A stretch of DNA of 64,000 bases. It comes from Octopus vulgaris (lineage: Eukaryota). The notes under the pieces are model-generated. The model did no database searches. It was not told where the DNA came from and worked only from the letters and a program-made list of their open reading frames with translations. The position numbers and the translations under genes are program-made. The stretch lies in the NCBI GenBank assembly GCA_951406725.2, contig OX597816.1, forward strand, positions 4,030,001 to 4,094,000. The letters are read 5' to 3'. This document shows positions 29,435 through 44,619 of this stretch, piece after piece (position 1 is the stretch's first letter; every line of letters begins with the position of its first letter).

Positions 29435-29485
<51 letters not shown>

Positions 29486-30097
29486 GTAACAGTTTAGATA
29501 TTAACGAAAACAAATGCTGTTTGTTGCAGCTCATTTTATAGGTTTCTTGTTTTACTTTTCAGGATACCAATTATATTTTATTCATATATTTTATTCATAT
29601 ATTCTATTCAGAAATTGTTAGATGTTTTCTGCGCTGCTAACACTAAGAATGTTGCCGTTTGAAGCTTAGTACATAATTCACAGCGATTAACATGCTCGCT
29701 GGCACGTAAGGTAGAAAAAAACAAAAACAAACAAACAGTTACTCTCGTGTACTACTGCAAAAAAATCATTAGTGTCTATTTTATAGAACATGTATAGGAA
29801 AAATGAGCAAGGCGTGGTGTGATGTAATAGATGGATTCATGTAATACAGAAAACATTAGGAATGGTTCAAGACAATTCGAAGCAGAAAGGATTCAATAGT
29901 TCAATAGATACAAGGGCAGAGGTCAGAGAAGACTCTCTAAAACAAAGTAGTCGAAGCGGCTTAATGAAAAGAAAGAGAACATTGATCAATATGTGTCATC
30001 TACATGTGTTTGTGTGTGCGTATACTTATATGCATATATATACACATGCAAATATATATATATATATATATATATGTATAATATCTATCTATCTATA

Positions 30098-30164
<67 letters not shown>

Positions 30165-30257
30165 TTATCTATCTATCTATATATATATATATATATATCT
30201 ATTTATCTATCTATATCTATAGCTATCTCCCTATCTATCTATATCATTATGTATATA

Positions 30258-30318
<61 letters not shown>

Positions 30319-30615
30319 ATATATGTGCATATGTATATATATATATATGTGGATATATATATACGTATATATATGTGTGTGTGTGTGCGTATGTACGTAT
30401 GTATGTTTCAGAAACTTAGAAGTCAGTGTCAAAAACAAGAATAAGCTAGAACTCTACAGAAGTATAGAATATCCTCCTCAGCTTAATGTGAGGTTGTTAT
30501 TATAACTAAACATAAAAATAAACACTCACTCTCACCCTTTCTCTCTTTCTCGCTCTCATCCACTCTCTCTTTCTCTTTCTCTCTCTCTCTCTGTATATAT
30601 ATATATATATATATA

Positions 30616-30790
30616 ACGGGAAGCTTTATGAAAATAAACAAAAGACGAAGGCAGGTGGAATACAAACAAACAATTGTATTAGTATGGCGCTCAGGAATAT
30701 AAATAAAACAAGTCTTTTACGTTTCGAGCCTACGCTCTTCAACAGAAAGATACACAGAAAAGAAACAAGGAGAGAAAAAAATGCGTATGT
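30616..30790 (-). mobile_element. Hammerhead-like (TA)n-associated element (family A)
   Basis: Minus strand: tcttt-CTGTTGAA-GAGCgtagGCTC-GAAACGTA-aaaga. Confidence 0.7.
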
Positions 30791-31622
30791 ATTTTTTTAT
30801 TTAAATTCTTTAAACTTTCATCTTTAAAGCTACGGTCATACTGCGACACCACCGTACATATATGGTTTTATATATATGTATGTATATACATATATGCATA
30901 TACACCGGTTCAATAGTTTCCGCAAACGCTTTGGTTTGAGATGACCTGATACAGGTAGATTAGGCATTTATAGAATTTCGAACGGATCAAAAATGGCAAA
31001 ACCAATGTGGTTTGTATTAGATTTAGACAGTTAGAGCTGTTCAGCAATAGTGAAGTTTACTGGTTTTAATAAGGTTTTGGTTTTCTATATTTCATAAGAC
31101 AGATTCGATATTAGTCCCGCTATCGAAGTAAGACATCAGCCAATTATTGGCGTCTCTACATTGAGATATAGATTTCATCATACGATGTTGCAAAGTTGCC
31201 CCCTTATCAAGTGAGAATGCCAATGTGTGAAAGGGAATTATTTCGTCAATATAATTGACTCCATATTGTTGAGAGCTATGATAAATGTTATAAACAATAC
31301 TAGTAAATTTTTTAATCTCTGTTAACGCGAAAGTATTTAAAATGTAGAATTCATAGGAATTTAACGGATAGCTAGGATGTGAAAATATATGAATATTCTT
31401 GTATTTCGCTTTGAATAAATGGAATCTGTAAAAATACTAATTTTTCCCACTGAAAACGAACAACTTGGAAGTGTTATTTAATTTCTAATATTATAAAAGT
31501 AAGAATGAAATGCAAATACTGATTTGACATTGCTAAATAAATTACAAAATAGTTATATTGAATGGCTTTTCCCCCTTTTATCCCTGATATAAGGTTTGTG
31601 GGGAAATTGAATCTATTTTACC

Positions 31623-31854
31623 TATTTCTTTATTACCCACAAGGGGCTAAACACAGAGAGGACAAACAAGGACAGACAAACGGATTAAGTCGATTATATC
31701 GACTCCAGTGCATAACTGGTACTTATTCAATCGACCCCGAAAGGATGAAAGGCAAAGTCGACCTCGGCGGAATTTGAACTCAGAACGTAGCGACAGACGA
31801 AAGGCCGCTAAACAGTTCGCCCGACGTGCTAACGTTTCTGCCAGCTCGCCGCCT
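31623..31854 (-). mobile_element. Nin/Deu-domain SINE monomer with TSD
   Basis: Full head, body and tail; direct repeat aattgaatctattttacc on both sides. Confidence 0.85.
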
Positions 31855-32788
31855 TACGTTGAATTGAATCTATTTTACCGTATCAAGACTGATGTTAACA
31901 CAGTCTCTTGCATTATGATGGAATAAATACGAGTGCGGAAGATTCATTTAGCAAACGTTCTAGCAAAGGTGTACACAAGTGAAGACAGACTTTATTCAAA
32001 AATGAGAAACACAAACGCATAGAAGCGAGCACCAACATAAAGAAACCTTCATACACTTCTGTATATTTGAAGACCAGCGTTATGCAGACCATAAGCCAGT
32101 TTCTATTTACAGGGACAAGAAAGGTGTATAGTGACTTTAGAAATACAATTGAAATGCTTGGATTTGGAAAATGGAGAATTAAGTTTTCGAAGCAATTCAA
32201 AACTAGTTTAAAAGTACAGAATGAATTAGAAAGTGCTATAAAAGCTCTGAAAATCGTATACATCTGCTATAGAGGGCAATTAGAAGGTGTATAATCGTTA
32301 ATAGATAGAAGAATTGATATATAAAAGAGGAAGGTAGAGAGCGGAATATTTGTCCTGCTAGATCCGAGGGATGAGGTGTTTTAATCCGCTGTAGGTGATA
32401 TTTTCCAGTTGGAGAGGATTAATTTGCCTGCATCGACAAACTGGACAATATTTTCTTTCTTATTTATTGGAAATCTTTGGTTTGTGCAAGATGAATGTTC
32501 CTACGACGCAAAGGGCAAAGTATGTCGTCACTCCCTTTGCATATTACCCTGTTGTTTCGGCGATACTTTCAATTCATGCCAAAGCCGTTGCTTCGGTCTC
32601 TTAATTTTCAGATGTGGATTAATAAACTACGCGCAGATGGACATTTCTTTACACAACAGATATCGCTCAAACTCACACTGCTCAAATCAAAGTATACACA
32701 CACACACACACACACATACACACACACGCACACACACACACATATATATATACATGTATGTATGTATATATATATATATGTACGTATA

Positions 32789-32835
<47 letters not shown>

Positions 32836-32929
32836 GTATATATATATATATGTATGTACACATGCATACAAACATACATACATTCACACATACCCATACA
32901 TACATAGTACATATGTACATTCGTACTTG

Positions 32930-32984
<55 letters not shown>

Positions 32985-33129
32985 TACTTCTCTTCCCTCG
33001 ACTTGACTGCAATTCTTCCATTCTCCTTCGTTTTCCCTCCTCCCACCATCACCCACACCTACACCTTCACTCACATCTTCAAAAATGTAACCTCACGTGG
33101 ACTGGTGGCGGTTTTTTCCTCCTTTCTTT

Positions 33130-33270
33130 TTCCCTTTGGACTTTCTAGTTTCTCCTGTCTCCGGTGAAGAGCTATGCTCGAAACGTAAAACAACAACTCT
33201 CTGCTTTCTCTGAGCGTCTTATTAATACATTGCTTGTGCTACACCCTCACATTTTTTGTGTTTTCCGAAA
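33130..33270 (+). mobile_element. Hammerhead-like element (family B)
   Basis: tgtct-CCGGTGAA-GAGCtatGCTC-GAAACGTA-aaaca; related reverse copy at about 15790-15905. Confidence 0.55.
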
Positions 33271-33785
33271 CCAGAGCAATGCATACATGAATCCCCAATC
33301 GAATAAAGCTCAAATACATATTTGCACAACTTTTCAAGATATTTAAGTCTTTCAACGGCACAAATAGTGACATGCAATTTCGGAGACTTTCAAAGATATT
33401 CCAATTAGCTTCAGTAATTATCAATATAATAATTCTTGACGAACCACGAGACGCCACAGTTAAAGGATTGCAAGAATTCGATCACACTCAAAGAATTCTC
33501 AGGAAACTTCCCACGCATTCCAACTGTTGTTTTGCGATACCAAACAAGGCAACATGATGATTGAAAAGAAGGTGGGAATACTGCTTAACACAAACGAAGT
33601 CCAATGATTTCCCTGGAAAACGCAAATTATTTTATTATCGGAAAGTATTTAAGTTCGTATATATAAGATATTCGCAACACTTAAATCTATTATGTATTTG
33701 TAGACGCTTAACTTGTGAACATCCATACAATACCATATATATATATATGTATATGTATGTGTATATATATACATATATGTATATG

Positions 33786-33879
<94 letters not shown>

Positions 33880-33921
33880 CAATAATAATTCTCTAAACGA
33901 GATTTAGACAGTAACTGCTCC

Positions 33922-34505
<584 letters not shown>

Positions 34506-34534
34506 ATATATATAATAGAAAAGTGGAGAGAGAA

Positions 34535-34603
<69 letters not shown>

Positions 34604-35549
34604 AGACATTGATTAGTACTCCTTTAATTTCTTATATAGGTTTCAGTATTCTGTGACACATATTACATAAACGCACACACACACAGACACACAGACACGC
34701 ACACACACACACACACACACAAATGTGTATGAGAGAAGAAAGAAAGAGAGGGAGAGAGAAAGAAGAGAGAGGTAGCACTGAGTGTAATTCGCATAATTAC
34801 ATTCAATTTTGGTGAAATTACTGCGCGAAATTATAGATTATTATCTATTTCCCACGAAATACATTTTCTGACAAAGATAATTACAAAGAATTTCTTTTAT
34901 TTTAATTTATTTCTTCTGATATCATTCCATTGTTAATTACTTCAAATACTGTCAGGCTTATCAAAGAAAGAAAGATAATTATGTTGTTTGTGATGTTACT
35001 TTATTTTATTATTAATTTTATTTTTGTTATTGTGTTTTATTTTCTTATTTTAATTATGGGATTTACAGAAAAACCTCCAGTTTCTATGTTTTTTGACAAT
35101 AAAAGTGATAGGGATTCACTTTGAAGTCGACTTGTTTTCTTTTGTTAAATGTAAATGTTGTTCCTAAGCAATTATTATTAAAAAAAAATAGTTAATATCT
35201 ACAATAACTGTACTTTACTCTTCTTCCCGTTCAGCATGGAATTTAATTACGAGAATTAGAACAAAGTCTACAATTCTAGAATTGCTTTTATTTTAAAAAT
35301 TTCTTTCAGATGTTTATATTCCTACATTTCGATTGAATAAATATACGGGAATTCACATTATTCATGCCTTGTTCTGTTCCATCCAAATGGTAATATGCAT
35401 AATGCTTTCAGGCAAAATAATATGCATTTCGTCATAAGAATGTGAAGTAATCAACAAAATACTTTTTATAAATTTGTTGATGAATACAAAGAAACTATTA
35501 TATAACGATTCACAAAAGAATAAATTTTAATCCATAATCTCATTTAAAT

Positions 35550-36380
35550 AATGGTTCTAAATTTTAGGTACGAGACTAGCAGTTTCAAAGAAGGTGTAAG
35601 TCGATTAAATTGACCTCAGAGTTTAACTCGGAGGCATTTGAATGTAAGGTCGGAAGAAATGCTGCGAAGAATTTTGCCCGGCCTGCTAAAGGTTCTGTTT
35701 CTTTATTACCCACAAGGGGCTAAACATAGAGAGGACAAACAAGGACAGACGAACGGATTAAGTCGATTACATCGACCACAGTGCGTAACTGGTACTTAAT
35801 TTATCGACTCCGAAAGTATGAAAGGCAAAGTCGACCTCGGCGGAATTTGAACTCAGAACATAGCGACGGGCGAAATACCGCGAAGCACTTCGCCCGGCAT
35901 GCCAACGTCTCTGCCAGCTCGCCGCCTTAATTTGAGTTAAATACCGGTTTTAAGTTTTGGCACAAAGCCAGAAAATTTGGGAAAGGGCCAAGTCGATTAT
36001 ATCGATCGCAGTGGTCAATCGGCACTTACTCTATAAACACTCTTAGGCAAAGTCGATCTCGGCGGAATTTGATCTCAGAACGTAAAATCGGAAGAATTGC
36101 TCTAAAGCATTTTGGTCCTGCGTTCTTAAAGATTATGTCAGGTTTTTACCTTCATTTATCTAAAAGTTAGTTTAAAATTTTGGCATTGGGCCAGCAATTT
36201 CGGAGGTGGGATGTAAGCCGATTACATCGACCCCAATGTTCAAGTGGTACTTATTTTAACGACTCCGAGAGGAGGAAAGGCAAAGTCGACCCTGGCAGAA
36301 TTTGAACTCAGAACGTAGTGACAGACGATATGCCGCTAAGCGTTTTGCCCGGCCTGCAAACGATTCTGTTTGCTCGCTGT
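35550..36380 (-). mobile_element. Cluster of about four same-orientation Nin/Deu-domain SINEs of different ages
   Basis: Repeated ggcaaagtcgac...gaatttgaactcagaac cores; youngest copy at about 35697-35927. Confidence 0.75.
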
Positions 36381-36600
36381 TTTGATTTTAAATATTAACA
36401 AACAAAATGACTAAAGTGAAGAAGAAAACAGGAATCTCTTCTAGTTTACGAGGGAGTCTTTGAAGGGGTCAGAAATAACAATCCCATTTTAAGCTAATAC
36501 TTTCGCCTTCTATTGAGACGGATACGTAGACAAGTGCATTCCGCATGCTATACATATACAATGACATAATCACACACACACACACACAAACACACACATA

Positions 36601-36633
<33 letters not shown>

Positions 36634-37990
36634 TTACACACATACACACACACACATACACACACACACGTAATGTTCTAAGTTCAAATTCCGACGAGGT
36701 CGATTTTGCCTTTCATCCTTTCGGGGCTAGCAAGTTAAGTACTAGTTAAGTACTAGTTAAGTAATAGTAGAAATGTAATTGACGAAACCCAACCGCTAAA
36801 ATTGCTGGCCTTGTGCTAAAATTTGATGTAAGTAGCCATAACGAATACGCAAAATATTGTCTCTTGGCGTTAGAACGGTTCTTTCAGCTCACTGTCTTGC
36901 AACAAAAACCGAAGAATTTGGTAGGGAAGAAAAGCAGATGACGTGACACTAGTAGAAAGTATTCCCCTTAATTGCATAATAGACAATTACATAGTTCATG
37001 CTATTTGCTCCACTATTAATGTCACATCTGTATAAAATTTATTGGTTTGTTGTAAATTCAACTAAACGCAATTTCGCTTAATCGCATAACTTTTTTTTCT
37101 AATTTAACGTGACGTTAAACAAATATTTCATTCGATATCGCTAAAGATTTTCTCCTATCTTCTGTTTTCAAATAACAGTTATCCAGTTTACCAATTCATG
37201 TTTACCAATATTTAAAACAAAAATGTATTCAAGTTATTCTTTCTTTCTTCAATGAATTAAAGATTATCGAACTTCGGATTCCAGAATAGTTTTTAATAAT
37301 CTTCACTATTTTCTTTTTTCCTAATTTTAGAATAAAATTTCTTCAATAAATCAATCTTTAACGCAGATTGAATGTACAAAAGCAGTTTTGATCAATCGGT
37401 GAATGAACGTCATTTTATTGTTTACAGTATCGACTCATTAAGCAACAGTTGGCTTATAATTGTTATTTTTCTTAACCAGACTGGTATAATTCCAAATTGT
37501 CAGATGGAGTAAATCAAAATATCTGAAAGCCATTGCTTAGCTAAACCTGAGCAACCGAAGAACAATAAAGGAAATGAAAGAAGATGAAGCATTTTCCTGG
37601 CTATATATAACTATAAGAAAACTAACCAAGAATTTGTCCTACACAAATAAATAACATGTTTCCAAAACCTTGTAAATTAAAGATTTGTTGGCATAATCGT
37701 TAAGTTCTTTAAATTTTGGATTTTCTCCGTTGTTTAGATTAAAAGATATTGTCATTAGCATTAACGATTTTTCTTTTGATATAAATGTTTAATTTCAAGT
37801 AATTAGTTTTTTTTAAGATTAAGTATCTTTTTTTTCTTTTTTCTTTTTTTACTTGTTTCAGTCATTAGACCGCGGCAATGCTGGAAGGCACTTACAGTTA
37901 TGTTTGGGATACAGAAAGCATCGCTGGGTAATATTCCAATGGTATTTAAATTACCTAATCCCTGAATAATCCTCAGTAATAAACTATAAT

Positions 37991-38405
37991 AGGCGCAGGA
38001 GTGACTGTGTGGTAAGTATCTTGCTTACCAGCCACATTGTTCCGGGTTCAGTCCCACTGCGTAGCACTTTGGGCAAGTGTCTTCTACTATAGCCTCAGGC
38101 CGACCAAAGCCTTGTGAGTGGATTTGGTAGACGGAAACTGAAAGAAGTCCGTCGTATATATGTATATATATATATATGTATGTATGTATATATGTGTGTG
38201 TGCGTGTGTTTGTGTATCTGTGTTTGTCCCCCCAACATCACTTGATAACCGATGCTGGTTTGTTTGCATCCCCGTCACTTAGCGGTTCGGGAAGAGAGAC
38301 CCATAAGTACTAGGCTTACAAAGAATAAGTCCTGGGGTCGATTTGCTCGACTAAAGGCGGTGCTCCAGCATGGCCGCGTTCAAATGACAGAAACAAATAA
38401 AAGAA
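37991..38405 (+). mobile_element. Full-length CORE-domain tRNA SINE
   Basis: Same head, CORE, microsatellite and tail layout as 18878-19295. Confidence 0.85.
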
Positions 38406-38940
38406 AGAATATAATCGTTCAATATCGTGTATTGATGCTTAACTATAATTCACTAAAGAGTTGCTACAGTGCTTAACTGACATCAAACACTCCCACATTT
38501 GTATATCTCTATTTCATAGTTAATTCCTCCCTTTGTGAAAACATTTCATTAAAGCTAATTAACATTATGCTTAACATTTAATCAGCGAACTGGTCAGAAA
38601 TGCTTATCGTCATTTTGTTCTTGTTTATGTTTTGAGTTCAAATTTCACCGAGGTTGACTTTGTCTTTCATCTTTCGGGGTCGATAAAATAAGTACCAGTT
38701 GAACGTTGGGGGACGATGTAACCAACTTATTGTTTCTCCCGAAATTGCTGGCCTTGTGCCAAAATTTGAAACCAGCATTATGATTAACACTATGTAAACC
38801 AATAATGGTTGTAATAATATATCGATGCAACTTTATGGCGGACAAGTAAAGCGAAATCACGCATTTTATCATATACTATGAAATTTCGGTTAATTGCATA
38901 AGATTTTTTTCGATCTGCGTGGTTACACAATTAAGTAAAA

Positions 38941-39332
38941 TCTCTCTCTATATAAAGCTGAAGTTGTCTGTGTATGGCAGGTTTGGTAGCCTTCAACTAA
39001 CACTATCTCCTCCGAGACCCTGCGGCGCAAGATGACCAAAATTGAGAGTATGATAGAAGAAGGCTTGCTCTTCCTTCCGTAGAAGATAAAATTCAAATCA
39101 GACCATGTTAGCATCAAAAGTTATTTACATCAAAACGGTGCTTTTTTTCTATGAAAATCCCTATTTTTTACGATATTTTGACTGCTGTGTCGCCATTTCT
39201 CGGTGTATTTCAACCAGAAAAATGTTCACTTAAAGAGAATAACAAGCTACATAATGCAAAATTTTTACTTTTCAAAAATTTCAATTCTAAAGGGTCGAGA
39301 CAATCCCGAGCAACGCCGGGCGATACTGCTAG
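38941..39332 (+). mobile_element. Non-autonomous Helitron (second subfamily)
   Basis: A|TC start and the same 3' end (cccgagcaacgccgggcgatactgctag|T) as 1196-1585. Confidence 0.8.
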
Positions 39333-39375
39333 TCTATTATAAAATTAATGTTATTCAAAAAGTAATTGCTGTAGC

Positions 39376-39690
39376 GAAGGCGCGTGGTTTAGTGGTGAGG
39401 GTATTCCGTTCACGATCGTAAAATTGTGGATTCAGTTCCCGGTTGCATGTTGTGTTCTTGAGCAAGTCACTGTATTTCGTGTTGCTCCAATCCACTAAGC
39501 TGGCAAAAATGAGTCGTGTTTGTAATTGAAAGGGTCAGCCTTGTCCCATTCCGTGTCACGCTGAATCCCTCTAAGAACTCCGTTAAGTTTATGCTTATTT
39601 GTGGAGCGCTCAGCCACTTGAACGATTATCGAGCTTATAATTAATTGGTTCAACTGGAACCATCCTCGTCGTAACAGACGAAGATCCAGT
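39376..39690 (+). mobile_element. tRNA SINE with cttgagcaag central domain and third-family tail
   Basis: Head ggcgcgtggtttagtggtgaggg; tail gtgtcacgctgaatc...gtggagcgctcagccacttg...cgtcgtaac. Confidence 0.65.
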
Positions 39691-41857
39691 TACTGTAAGA
39701 ACTGAGATAATGCGTCAGGTTTATATTCAAATACTGCTAAATATTAAATGAATGCAACTTGAATATTAATGTAAAGATAAGCATATTGCTGACGGATTCG
39801 TTTCTGTTCTCGTCATTGTTTCTGCGATGTATTGTTTGTGTTTCGTATCTTCATAACGATCGATGTTTGTGTTAAATCAACGGAAAATTCCTAACGTTTT
39901 GTGTCTTTATATTTACCAATAAACTATAAATTAAATATCTACAAGCTATGCAAAGAAAAAAAATGAAAAAAAAAAAATGCAAAAATAATAAAAAAGTAAC
40001 TTAAATAAGAAATGCGTGGTCAGGAAAGAAGAAAAGAAAAGAAAACTAGTTGATGTTTTTAGATTTGGTGAAAGAATCTTTTGTTTCATTGTTTTAATGA
40101 AGACAGAATCGGTTTATATAGAGACTGTTTCGCTCAAAGTGTTCGATAAATGAAAATATTCTGTTGAAATATAACACTTGAGATGTTTATGGAGAAACGA
40201 CCAATGAAACACGCTTATCTCTTTGTCATAAAATCTGTCTGTGACAATTATATATACTTATATATACATTTGTAGATATTTCTGTATTCTGTAATGTGTT
40301 TCAGCCCAAAGGCTGTGGCCATGCTGGGGCACCGCTAGTATTATCACCGTTTAATGACCATTTTTTTGTGATTGGTGAAGGTGGGGGTTCGATATTACTA
40401 CTCTCTTCTGAGTTTATTGCCGCCCCCTGCATGGAACTCCATATTTCACAACATAGCGAAGACATGACACGATATAGGTAAAGAAACTTGAAATACGAAA
40501 CCGATTATTTCTCCAAAAACTATGTTACTATAACGCAAAATTTTACATTTTCTAACATAACGATTTAAAGATATTCTTAAACCATATAACACAAGCCTTC
40601 TGTAGTTTTTTCCCTGTAGTTTGTGTATACTTTCGTTTCATTGTTTCTCATTTCACGAAATTTTGCTACATTTTTGAACAATCCTGCAAATTCTCGCAGT
40701 CTACTTAATATTTCTTTAGAAAATATTAACTTAAGAAAAAAAAATTTCTTTCACAAGCTCATTCTTCCTAATTTGTTCTCAAATATTATAAGGGGATTTA
40801 TTTAATCAAAAAGGAATATCGTCACGCAAAATATTCATTGGTTGTAATTAATTAACATATCAATTAACAAGGGCTTAATGAATGTCTTTTTTCTTTTTCA
40901 ACCAGATGCATTAATATTACTTCAGTATGTAAACCGGGGAACTGGCAGAATCGTTAGCATGGCGAACAGAATGCTTAGCGACATTCCGCCTGTCTTGACG
41001 TTCCGAGATCGACTTTTCCTTTCATCCTTTTGGGGTCGATAAAACAAGTACCAATTGAGGAGTGAGGTCAATGTAATCGACTTATATCCACTCTCGAAAT
41101 TGCTGGCTTTGTGTCAAAATTTTACGCCAATATTATTTCAATGTATTTCCTAGAGTGGAAAAGGCCAAACATTTAAACGACGACAAGCTTAGTAAACTTT
41201 AAAACAGATATATTAACAACCTGTCAGCCATAAAAAATGTAATGCTTTTTTTTCTGAAATTGCTACAATGGAAATCTAGATGTCCAATTAATAACGAACT
41301 GGCGTCTCACTAATAAAAGTCGCGTCGCTTGTTCTATTGTCCGCAGCAGAAAATAAAAATGGAAAAAATGTGGACATTTAATCACACTCTGTAAATTCTC
41401 TAATTTCTACAAGGAATTAAAGTTTGGATGGTATACTACTAAGATGCTCAAGTCTTGTCTTCCAATATTGGCATCTCCTCAAGGGGCATTATTTGCAGCA
41501 CATGATGTGGGCCTCTGGAAATTAAGTAACAAACAAAACACACTGGATGTGATAAAATCCAACTCAATCCTTCCGACCTAGCGGTGGATTATCATTGAAG
41601 CTTCGTATCAGCCAGAGAGAGTTTTCCTGTTCCAGGATTACTGAATGCCTTAAGAGTTTCGACTACTGATATTAAATGATCGTAATTATTCGGAATGACA
41701 TTCTAAGTGGTACTAATTAACCGGAAGTAATGATTTTTTCTGAAGATTCAGTTCTGTTCACGGAACAGTTTAGAAAGCCCAACTTTTTAAGTTTTTTAAA
41801 CGAAAGAAATCGATGCAGCATTTCGTGTTTGTGATTACTAAACCGATAAATGTTATA

Positions 41858-42266
41858 TATTTCGTTATTGCCCACAAGGGGCTAAACACCGAGGGGACAA
41901 ACAAGGACAGACAAAGGGATTAAGTCGATTACATCGACCCCAGTACGTAACTGGTACTTTATTTATCGACCCCGAAAAGATGAAAGGCAAAGTCGACCTC
42001 GGCGGAATTTGAACTCAGAACGTAACGACAGACGAAATACCTATTTCTTTACTACCCACAAGGGGCTAAACACCGAGGGGACAAACAAAGACAGACAAAG
42101 GGATTAAGTCGATTACATCGACCCCAGTACGTAACTGGTACTTTATTTATCGACCCCGAAAAGATGAAAGGCAAAGTCGACCTCGGCGGAATATGAACTC
42201 AGAACGTAACGACAGACGAAATACCGCTAAGCCCGGCGCGCTAACGTTTCTGCCAGCTCGCCGCCT
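41858..42266 (-). mobile_element. Nin/Deu-domain SINE dimer inside one 19-bp TSD
   Basis: taaaccgataaatgttata at 41839-41857 and 42267-42285; two near-identical body units. Confidence 0.9.
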
Positions 42267-42480
42267 TAAACCGATAAATGTTATAGTCATTATCGACCTC
42301 TTTATTGCCACCATCATTGTCGTCATCATAATCGTCGTCGTCGTCATCATCATCATCGTTATCATTCCATCTTATAATGTAGTCAACGGCCTTAACAATC
42401 CAGTCTTACAAATTGCTCTGCTTCATTTAGCAATGCTCATTGTCAATATAAAGCAACAGCGGCCAATCTAAAGTATATAT

Positions 42481-42853
42481 GTGGAAGCACTCCGTCGGTT
42501 ACGACGATGAGGGTTCCGGTTGATCCGATCAACGGAACAGTCTGCTCGTGAAATTAACGTGTAAGTGACTGAGCACTCCACAGACACGTGCACCCTTAAC
42601 GTAGTTCTCGGGGATATTCAGCGTGACAGAGAGTGACAAGGTCGGCCCTTTGAAATACAGGTACAACAGAGTAAGAGTGAGAGAAAGTTGTGGTGAAAGA
42701 GTACAGCAGGGATCACCACCATCCCCTGCCGGAGCCTAGTGGAGCTTTAGGTGTTTTCGCTCAATAAACACTCACAACGCCCGGTCTGGGAATCGAAACC
42801 GCGATCCTATGACCGCGAGTCCGCTACCTTAACCACTGGGTCATTGCGCCTCC
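42481..42853 (-). mobile_element. Full-length tRNA SINE, third family, with TSD
   Basis: aaagtatatat at 42470-42480 and 42854-42864; A- and B-box-like head. Confidence 0.85.
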
Positions 42854-43458
42854 AAAGTATATATATATAACATTCAGCATTACAGCGTACAGCATTGCAA
42901 TATAAGACGATATATCATATTTTACGCAGTATACACCAGATCACATCAGCTCCGTCATATGATACGATATTCATCAGTATTTGCCTGGATTCTAAATTCA
43001 ACTTGTCGGATTTATGGTGAATCAAAGAGACAAAGCAACTCAATTTGTTTAAATATTTGTTATCTGTATCTAAAGTGTCATTATTGACCCATAAAAAATT
43101 AGTCTATTCTCATAGAGACTAGCCTGTTCCGTTTGTTATCATTTTGTTGTGTTTGTTATCGTTTTCTTTTGTAAATAGGATGGGATTTCCGTTAATAATG
43201 ATCATGGGGTTCAGGGTGGTGGCATAGTTGATAGAAAAACAACAGCAACAACAACAATCCTATAGTCAGAGGGCCTGAATTTTCTAAGGAGGAGGAGGAC
43301 AGTCGTTCAAACCGGCCCCAGTACTCAATTGGTACTTCATTTATCGACTCCGAAATGGTGAAAGCGAAGTCGACTTCGGGGGATATTGAACTCAGAACGT
43401 AGAGGTATGCGAAATACTACTCACTATTTCGCCCGGCAGGCTAACGATTCTGCCAATA

Positions 43459-43527
<69 letters not shown>

Positions 43528-43549
43528 GTAACAATGATAATAATAATAA

Positions 43550-43940
43550 TAGAATAGGAAGCCAGACATAGTCTTAATTGAGAAAGAAAAAAACTATGCT
43601 GGATAGCATGCCCAGCTGACAAGGTTTGCGATAAGGAAGAAAGAAAATTCGAGAGATGTGACAGGTTAGCTTGGGAAGTTAAGCAGTTATGGTCGATGAA
43701 AAAGGTGGTAGTAGTAAGAGTAATTGTTGGAGCCCTGGAAGTAGCGAGTAAAAATCTTGAGAAATACATGGAAGAAATAGGGGCTGCGATAAGGGTGGAT
43801 CACTTGCAGAAAACAGCATTGCTTGGAACCGCTCGAATATTCCAGAAGGCGCTCGAAAAATAAGAGGTAATACCTTAGTTCACTGGTAGTGAACAGCTGA
43901 CACCGTAGTACATCTCCAGCGTTAGAAGCTGTGCAAAGGC
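43550..43940 (+). mobile_element. 3' fragment of a second RLE-type LINE family
   Basis: Encodes RKPDIVLIEKEK...EVKQLWSMKKVVVVRVIVGALEVASKNLEKYMEEIG...LQKTALLGTARIF; (AAT)n upstream and (GAT)n downstream. Confidence 0.8.
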
Positions 43941-44552
43941 AATGATGATGATGATGATGATGATTGTCTGCATCGTTGGAAGGGAATTCCATCGATGTAG
44001 GAGAAGTGATTATAGCGAAATAGCTGAGATTACACCGAGAAACGAGTAACATTTTGCTGCACAAATTATTCAACGACACCGATAAAAGAACAATGGAATA
44101 GGATCGAAACTATATCTTCAGAAATGCGTAATAAATACGTAAGAAATAAGTGGAATATTTAATCCTCATTATCTCGGATAATTCATGTAACATAAATTTT
44201 CATTGATAGAGGTCAGCGACCTGACACTTCTTATAAAAAATTAAAAAGGATGTGTATTTACATTAGCGCCAGACCAATTTATTCCCTGCACACAAAACTG
44301 CAGCATTTTGTCCAAAGATAACAGAGGAAATGCTTCTTTTCAAATTGGTTGCACAAAAACGTAAACAAAAAGAAATGGCGGATGTAAAACTCGACAACGT
44401 TGAAACAAATACCCCGGCTTATGACAAAATTGATAACAATTTAAGTATAAAGGCCAGAATAATATTAAATGTGCAGATTCATTAGTTTTTTTATTGTGTA
44501 TGAAAACCTAAGTAGCCATAACAACGTATTTAGAGAATGATAACAAAACATG

Positions 44553-44588
<36 letters not shown>

Positions 44589-44619
44589 ATAATAATATTA
44601 ATAATATTAATTTGAGGGA

